NCBI GenBank assembly: GCA_964514545.1
Contig: CAZETR010000032.1
Location: forward strand, 1 to 57,994
Direction: 5' to 3'
DNA length: 57,994 nt
Origin: an uncultured Gammaproteobacteria bacterium
GTDB lineage: Bacteria > Patescibacteriota > Microgenomatia > CAZETR01
Part shown: positions 53,035 to 57,994 of the stretch, in pieces
Numbering within the stretch: position 1 is the first letter of the stretch
How the letters are laid out: each line of letters begins with the position of its first letter
The notes under the pieces: generated by a model
Seen by the model: only the letters and a program-made list of their open reading frames with translations
Database searches by the model: none
What the model was told of the DNA's origin: nothing
Translations under genes and position numbers: made by a program

Positions 53035-54567
53035 CAAGAGTTTTTGGACCACGATTTTGCCGAGCGTAGCCTGGTCGACAAGAGTTGAATTTGCTGAGAT
53101 AGCGCTGATCCAATCGGTTCTGGGAGTTTTCCTTTCGTCGGGCTCGATAATTAGAAATACCTGGTTAGTGCATGGTTTGGTTGGGTAAGAGTAGCGGGCT
53201 AGAGGAGGGTAGAAAAGTTTGCTCGAGTTTTTGTAAGGAGCGTACTCGCATGGAAGAAAGCCGTATTTTTTGAGACCGTACCAGTGGAATAGATATTGAT
53301 AAGGGTAATCGTAAATCGAGGGAAGATAATTATAAACATAGAAGCCCTGATTTCCGCTGTGTTCGTAAACCCAGTCGATCGCTGATAATTCATTGGTGAA
53401 CAAACTTGGGTCGTCGGTGGGGCGGAAGTTTTCGGCATATCGAGAACTAAAAACATGAAGGTGGGAATAAAGACTGATGACATAGAGAAGAAGAGCCAGT
53501 TTCTTCGGAAGAAATGGTAACAAGAGAAGAAATGAGATAAAGATAAGGGGAGAGAGAAAAGAGGTATGCCAATCTCTCCAACCGGAGTTGCTGATGAAAA
53601 ACATCCACGAGATAAGCGTGAGAAGAAGAGTGAGGCTAATAAAAACCCGAGCAAAGACGCTTGATGGAGACGGCCGCAGGTTTTTAAAAAAGATAAGAAG
53701 GCTTATGCAAAAGAGAAATATCCCCAGCTCGGGAATTTCCCTGAAAGTACTGCGGGAAATAGTAATTATAAAACGCCTCGATATGTATCGGGTATTTGAG
53801 CTTTGGAATACACCTTTAGGATTATCAAGTTCTCTGAGAAAAACTCTGGATTGGGAAAAGTTTGAAGATAATTCCGAAAAAATGTGGGGGGCGAGAAAGA
53901 AAACAACTATTGCCAAAACATACAATAAATTCTTGAGGCGGACTCTTTTTTTGTGTACCAATATTATGATTACGACTAGGAAAAAGGAAGTGAGGGCGGC
54001 GGCGCTAGCTATGTCTGCGTGAAACGATAATCCAACAAAAATCGATGAAAAAAGTAAGTGTTTAAGCTCTCGGCTGCGGAAAAATTTGATGAGGCTTAAA
54101 ATCAGAAGCAATCCCAGCAAGAGCATGGGAAAGGGATTAAAGGCATAGCGGGCGGTGTCGTGAACTGTCCAGCTGAAAAGGAGATTGGCTCCGACAAAAA
54201 GGCCGAAAGCGGGAGAAATTGCAGATTTGATTTCCTTCATGACAACAAAGAGAAACAGAGTATTGAGAAGGACTAGAGATATAACTGCACTGGCTGGATT
54301 GCCGCCGGAGAGAAAGTATCCGGGAGCGAGAAGGTAAAACCACAAGGGTCCGGCGAAAAGGCCAAAGACGCTGGTTTCGGGACCCAATAGGGGAAAGCGG
54401 CCGCGAAGAAGCTCGCGGACGTGGACCGCGTCGTTGCCCTGGTCCATGGTGAAGTAAAAATTATTATTTCGAAGTGGGAGGAGGCGGAGAAGGATAAAGG
54501 TCAGCAGGATACAAATTGAGAGAAGGGTGTAGTTGCGGGTTAAAAACTTGCTAATCTTTTGTTCCAT
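52951..54567 (-). CDS. ArnT/PMT-like (GT-C fold) membrane glycosyltransferase
   Basis: FTMDQGND, LLGP, GPLWFY, WNP-like AFNP, many TMs; last 27 aa come from the mini-element. Confidence 0.75.
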   Translation of the reverse strand: MEQKISKFLTRNYTLLSICILLTFILLRLLPLRNNNFYFTMDQGNDAVHVRELLRGRFPLLGPETSVFGLFAGPLWFYLLAPGYFLSGGNPASAVISLVLLNTLFLFVVMKEIKSAISPAFGLFVGANLLFSWTVHDTARYAFNPFPMLLLGLLLILSLIKFFRSRELKHLLFSSIFVGLSFHADIASAAALTSFFLVVIIILVHKKRVRLKNLLYVLAIVVFFLAPHIFSELSSNFSQSRVFLRELDNPKGVFQSSNTRYISRRFIITISRSTFREIPELGIFLFCISLLIFFKNLRPSPSSVFARVFISLTLLLTLISWMFFISNSGWRDWHTSFLSPLIFISFLLLLPFLPKKLALLLYVISLYSHLHVFSSRYAENFRPTDDPSLFTNELSAIDWVYEHSGNQGFYVYNYLPSIYDYPYQYLFHWYGLKKYGFLPCEYAPYKNSSKLFYPPLARYSYPTKPCTNQVFLIIEPDERKTPRTDWISAISANSTLVDQATLGKIVVQKLLMKLPGLTPGVSSEAESLNCFISGRPRV

Positions 54568-54600
54568 TGAAATTTTGGTGAGCTGGGGGGATTCCCATAA

Positions 54601-54720
54601 AAAATTTGCGATCAAATTTTTCAGGGCAAGCGAGTCACAAGTTCCTCGCTTCGCTCGGCCTCGCGACTCCATCTCCCTCGCCCCGTTTTTAGTGGGGCTC
54701 AGTCCGATTAGTTCGAATCC
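54601..54720. repeat. Palindromic element downstream of tRNA-Lys ending in an inverted T-arm copy
   Basis: Nested stems (aaaatttg/caaatttt, gagtc/gactc, gcccc/ggggc); gttcgaatcc at 54711-54720. Confidence 0.55.
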
Positions 54721-54730
54721 TCAATTCAAA

Positions 54731-54772
54731 TTATTAAAATTCCCAGAACTTTTGTCCAGGGAATTTTAATAA
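54731..54772 (-). terminator. 14-bp AT-rich hairpin immediately 3' of tRNA-Lys
   Basis: ttattaaaattccc/gggaattttaataa. Confidence 0.55.
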
Positions 54773-54773
54773 G

Positions 54774-54845
54774 TGAGCCGGGGGGGATTCGAACCCTCAA
54801 CCAAGAGCTTAAAAGGCTCCTGCTCTACCGTTGAGCTACCGGCCC
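54774..54845 (-). tRNA. tRNA-Lys(UUU)
   Basis: gggccgg/ccggctc, loop cttttaa, T-loop ttcgaat. Confidence 0.95.
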
Positions 54846-54862
54846 TGTAAGAAATTCTGAGG

Positions 54863-54936
54863 AATTTTTACAGGATAAACCCCTTCAGAAAATCTAACTA
54901 ATTTTTACAGGGTAAACCCCTTCAGAAAATCTGAAC
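54863..54936. repeat. Two tandem 37-bp direct repeats
   Basis: aatttttacagg(a/g)taaaccccttcagaaaatct.. x2. Confidence 0.85.
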
Positions 54937-54960
54937 GATCTTTAATGAGTGACCTTTGAA

Positions 54961-55218
54961 CTAGGGAACGAAATTTTCTATTAGTTTTAATTTATTTTTC
55001 CTTTTCCAGTTTTTGATTGACGCTTCTCTTTTGAGAGCTGAGCTTTGAGTGTCCACAATTTCATAATATTGTAAGATAACCGGCCTTTTGGCTTTTAAAG
55101 ATTTGGCGCCTTTAAGATTATCATGGTTGTGTTCGTTTACACGTCTTTTTAGGTCAGTTGTGATACCTGTGTACAAAGAATTGTCTTTGCACCGGACTAT
55201 ATAGACGAACCAGGCCAT
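54961..55218 (-). CDS. GIY-YIG nuclease (UPF0213/YazA-like)
   Basis: WFVYIVRC...LYTGITTDLKRR, SALKREASIK. Confidence 0.9.
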   Translation of the reverse strand: MAWFVYIVRCKDNSLYTGITTDLKRRVNEHNHDNLKGAKSLKAKRPVILQYYEIVDTQSSALKREASIKNWKRKNKLKLIENFVP

Positions 55219-55220
55219 TG

Positions 55221-55292
55221 TGACGCCACGGGGATTCGAACCCCGATTAGAGCCTTGAAAGGGCTCGGTCCTAGCCATTAGACGATGGCGCC
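55221..55292 (-). tRNA. tRNA-Glu(UUC)
   Basis: ggcgcca/tggcgtc, loop ctttcaa, T-loop ttcgaat. Confidence 0.95.
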
Positions 55293-55386
55293 GCGTCAAA
55301 CGCGACTAGAACATATGATGTTTTGCCGAACGGTGGAATTATACTAAATTTACTCCAAGTGGGCGAGTGGAGTAAAATTAGGAGCT

Positions 55387-55752
55387 ATGAGCGACGATCC
55401 GGAAAAAGGAATGGAAGAGAGCGAGAAAGGGGAGGTGCCGACCGGCGGGGGAACGATAAGTTCATCGAAGATGACACTCGCTAAGGCAATTGAGATGGGG
55501 GAATATGATCCAGACTATTTGGCCACATTTCCGGAGTGGTATACCCACCCCAGACATTCACAATTTCAGCTGATTAGCAAGGCGCTCGACAATAGGAGGA
55601 AACACCTGTTGGTGCAGTGGGCCGAGCTTAATAATGTTCTTGATTTCAGTAAGAAACCGCATTTAAGGGATGCGCTGAAGAATGTGGAACAACAACTGAG
55701 AAAAGTGAGGGGTGATAAAGAGAGGATATTTGTAGAGTTTTCCCGTGATTAG
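55387..55752 (+). CDS. Hypothetical protein
   Basis: 121-aa ORF with SD aggag. Confidence 0.7.
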   Translation: MSDDPEKGMEESEKGEVPTGGGTISSSKMTLAKAIEMGEYDPDYLATFPEWYTHPRHSQFQLISKALDNRRKHLLVQWAELNNVLDFSKKPHLRDALKNVEQQLRKVRGDKERIFVEFSRD

Positions 55753-55756
55753 ACTG

Positions 55757-56092
55757 TCAGGCATGTTTTTCCAATGAAGCTGCTAGGGTAAAGGCATAAA
55801 AATAACGTTGCCATTGTTTGGCAGTTTGCCGGTATTGATTTTTCCCCAGGAAGAAATCGAGCCAGAGCTCGCGTCCACGGGCTATTTCTTTGAGTGTTGG
55901 GTAGTCGGAATGTGTGTCCAGTGTCAGATCGAAAAGTTCAAGAGCCCGGATGTTGGCAAGATTAGCATATTCGGAATTTCCCTTTTGTCTCCAGCGAATA
56001 GCTCTTTCAACTTCGCTGCCGATGTTGGCAAATTGATTGAATAGACTGAGTTTTGACCAACTATTTTTGTCTAGGTCTGAGTGTTGCATCAC
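55757..56092 (-). CDS. Hypothetical helical protein coupled to the DUF5674 gene
   Basis: QFANIGSEVERA...RALELFDLT; ATGA-type overlap with the upstream gene. Confidence 0.75.
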   Translation of the reverse strand: MMQHSDLDKNSWSKLSLFNQFANIGSEVERAIRWRQKGNSEYANLANIRALELFDLTLDTHSDYPTLKEIARGRELWLDFFLGKNQYRQTAKQWQRYFYAFTLAASLEKHA

Positions 56093-56460
56093 TTGACTAA
56101 TTTATTAACGAGATCCCGAATTTGGGTTTGGATTTCGGGATCGTCAACTCCTCGGCTGCTGTTGCCCTGGCTGGGTCGAAGATTAATCATTGAGTCGAAT
56201 TCAACAAAATCATCTCCTGTGAGTTCCGGGTAAAGATTTATTCCCCAGAGATCTGATTGACCGGAGCCAGTGGAGAGTAGGAATGACTCTTCGTCTGAGT
56301 GTAAGCTAGCATCGATGGCCATGACCCCCTTTTTAATATCCACGACTGCTTTTACCAGATTCCCAAACTTTGAAGAGGCTATTTGCTGAAGGTCTGATTT
56401 GAGGATGGGGAAGTCGATGAGTTTCACTGGTGTGATTATACACATGGTCGAGAGTGGCAT
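56089..56460 (-). CDS. DUF5674-family protein (alternative start 56445)
   Basis: LVKAVVDI, LHSDEE, LWGINLYP, EFDSMINLRPSQGN. Confidence 0.75.
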   Translation of the reverse strand: MPLSTMCIITPVKLIDFPILKSDLQQIASSKFGNLVKAVVDIKKGVMAIDASLHSDEESFLLSTGSGQSDLWGINLYPELTGDDFVEFDSMINLRPSQGNSSRGVDDPEIQTQIRDLVNKLVK

Positions 56461-56508
56461 CCGTGTTAAAATTCGGTTAGTCGGCGTTTTGGATTATCTT
56501 TTTAGGAT

Positions 56509-57531
56509 ATGATTGCAGGTTATAAACAAGTTTGGGAGAAAATAAGCGGAGCTGGCAGGGTACTGATATGTTGTCATGCCCGTCCGGACCCAGACATGGT
56601 GGGATCGGCGTTGGCGATGAAACTTGTGCTGGAGAAGTTGGGGAAGAAGGTGACGGCTATCTCCGGCGACGATCCGCCCCTCCTGTCTGTAAGTTTTCTC
56701 AAAGGTTTTGAGACTATAAAGCACTCGAGTTTTGGGGAGGTTAATTTAGCTGACTATGACTTGTTTCTAGCACTGGACTCGGGAAGTCCCGGGCAAATTT
56801 CCAGTAAAACGCCGCCTGACTTCCCGCTTTCGATTCCGACCGTGGTAGTTGACCACCATCAAGATAACGGGAAATACGGCGTTGTCAATTTGATTGAACC
56901 AAACATTTCTTCTACTGCTGAGTTACTGGCAAAAATGTTTGGCGAAATTGATTTTTCCTTAGTGGACTCTAACGTGGCCACTTGTTTATATGCCGGGATG
57001 TGGTCGGACAGCGGGGGGTTTACGTACTCATCTGTGACCGGGAATACATACATAATGGCGGGGAAGCTGTTGGAGAAGGGGGCGGATTTTACCAAAGTTG
57101 TTGCCGCGCTAAGTACGGTAGATCTGGCTAGTTTGAAAGTGCAAGGGTTGGCCTTGGCTAATACTAAATTATATTTTGGAAAGAGAGTGGTTGTGGCGAA
57201 GGTGCCGCTATCAGTGTTTCGGGAATTCGGAGTTAGGGAAGGCAGAATCGGGGACGTAAAGGAGGTGATTAATCGGAGTCTGTCTGGTTGCGGCGAGGTG
57301 GAAGTGTCGGCGGTAATATATGAATATAAACCGGGAGAGGTAAGCGTAAGCATGCGGTCGAACAATCCGAGAAAATATTGGGATATCTCAAAAATTGCCA
57401 AAGAGTTGGGTGGAGGTGGGCATAGTCAGACAGCGGCAGGGAGAGTGGGCGGAACAGTGGATGATGGGGAGAGGAAGTTTTTGGCGGCGGCCGCAAGGGT
57501 CTATCCTCTGTGGGGGGAAGCAGAGAGTTAG
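56509..57531 (+). CDS. DHH/DHHA1 phosphoesterase (NrnA-like)
   Basis: HARPDPD, LALDS, VVDHH, SSTAEL, DSG, GGGGH. Confidence 0.92.
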   Translation: MIAGYKQVWEKISGAGRVLICCHARPDPDMVGSALAMKLVLEKLGKKVTAISGDDPPLLSVSFLKGFETIKHSSFGEVNLADYDLFLALDSGSPGQISSKTPPDFPLSIPTVVVDHHQDNGKYGVVNLIEPNISSTAELLAKMFGEIDFSLVDSNVATCLYAGMWSDSGGFTYSSVTGNTYIMAGKLLEKGADFTKVVAALSTVDLASLKVQGLALANTKLYFGKRVVVAKVPLSVFREFGVREGRIGDVKEVINRSLSGCGEVEVSAVIYEYKPGEVSVSMRSNNPRKYWDISKIAKELGGGGHSQTAAGRVGGTVDDGERKFLAAAARVYPLWGEAES

Positions 57532-57616
57532 GGTTGGGGTTTGGGCTAATTGGGCCAATTTGTCTAATTTGGGGGGATGGGGAAAAACTGGAGTTGGTCG
57601 GGTATAATGTGAGTGG

Positions 57617-57941
57617 ATTGCGGGGTCGTCTGGAAATTGCCAACGCAATTTCAGAGGCTAGCTTTGCTAGCCGACACGGTAGTCCGAAGGGAAAACTAGA
57701 TTTAATTGCGGGGTCGTCTAACGGTATCAGGTTCTGCGGAACTGATATCCCTTACCTCGCTTGGGGTATAACGGATTTGCGAGTCCGATATCGCTTACCT
57801 CATTTTGTTGCTCATCTTGACTGCAAGATTCGCAAGTCGTGAGGAGCGCGAGCAAAGTGTTTCGCAAGTCGCGAGGGGCGTGATAAGCCCTGGACGATTA
57901 TTTGTAATCAACATTAATAATTGCGGGGTCGTCTAACGGTA
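57617..57941 (+). repeat. Three direct copies of the tRNA-Gln 5' end with structured spacers
   Basis: attgcggggtcgtct at 57617, 57705 and 57920; copies 2 and 3 share 24 bp. Confidence 0.9.
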
Positions 57942-57993
57942 GGACGCATCTCTTTGGAAGATGATATTCTAGGTTCGAATCCTAGCCCCGCAG
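57922..57993 (+). tRNA. tRNA-Gln(UUG)
   Basis: tgcgggg/ccccgca, loop ctttgga, T-loop ttcgaat, G73. Confidence 0.95.
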
Positions 57994-57994
57994 C

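Noticed and set aside
52829-53188. 119-aa ORF as a TnpB remnant
   Set aside because: No RuvC or zinc-finger motifs; it is read-through of the element and antisense to the glycosyltransferase
54863-54936. CRISPR array
   Set aside because: Only two abutting repeats, no spacers, and no cas genes in the window
57617-57941. CRISPR-like repeat-spacer array
   Set aside because: The repeat is the tRNA 5' end, and spacer lengths are very unequal

Overview
58-kb chromosomal segment, most likely from a Patescibacteria (CPR, Microgenomates-type) bacterium. This is inferred from gene content: standalone 5'-3' exonuclease, VirD4/TraG-like ATPase, DUF5667, DUF5674, dockerin-like protein and ATP-dependent ligase. 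Standard genetic code; the + strand is G-rich and carries most genes. It encodes cell-envelope genes (2 class A PBPs, GH18, beta-lactamase-like hydrolase, glycosyltransferases), nrdR-nrdJ with pduO, ftsH, trpS, pth, DNA repair genes (recF, mutM, MGMT, ligase, GIY-YIG), a copper/thioredoxin cluster and 6 tRNAs. No CRISPR, rRNA, prophage or reverse transcriptase was seen. The most unusual signals are non-coding: (1) a ~700-bp densely hairpinned locus with a small SD-led ORF at 41.4-42.2 kb; (2) a ~30-bp palindromic repeat family plus heptamer tandem repeats inserted in frame into many conserved enzymes, including one element nested in another; (3) a promoter-driven RNA with three C(GCAA)G hairpins at 28.75-28.95 kb; (4) a protein-free IS200/IS605 mini-element resembling an omegaRNA; (5) three tandem copies of the tRNA-Gln 5' end separated by structured spacers; (6) a rare tRNA-Ile(UAU) and an atypical initiator tRNA; (7) apparently widespread leaderless transcription. 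All calls are by eye from the sequence and ORF track; no database searches or folding programs were run.
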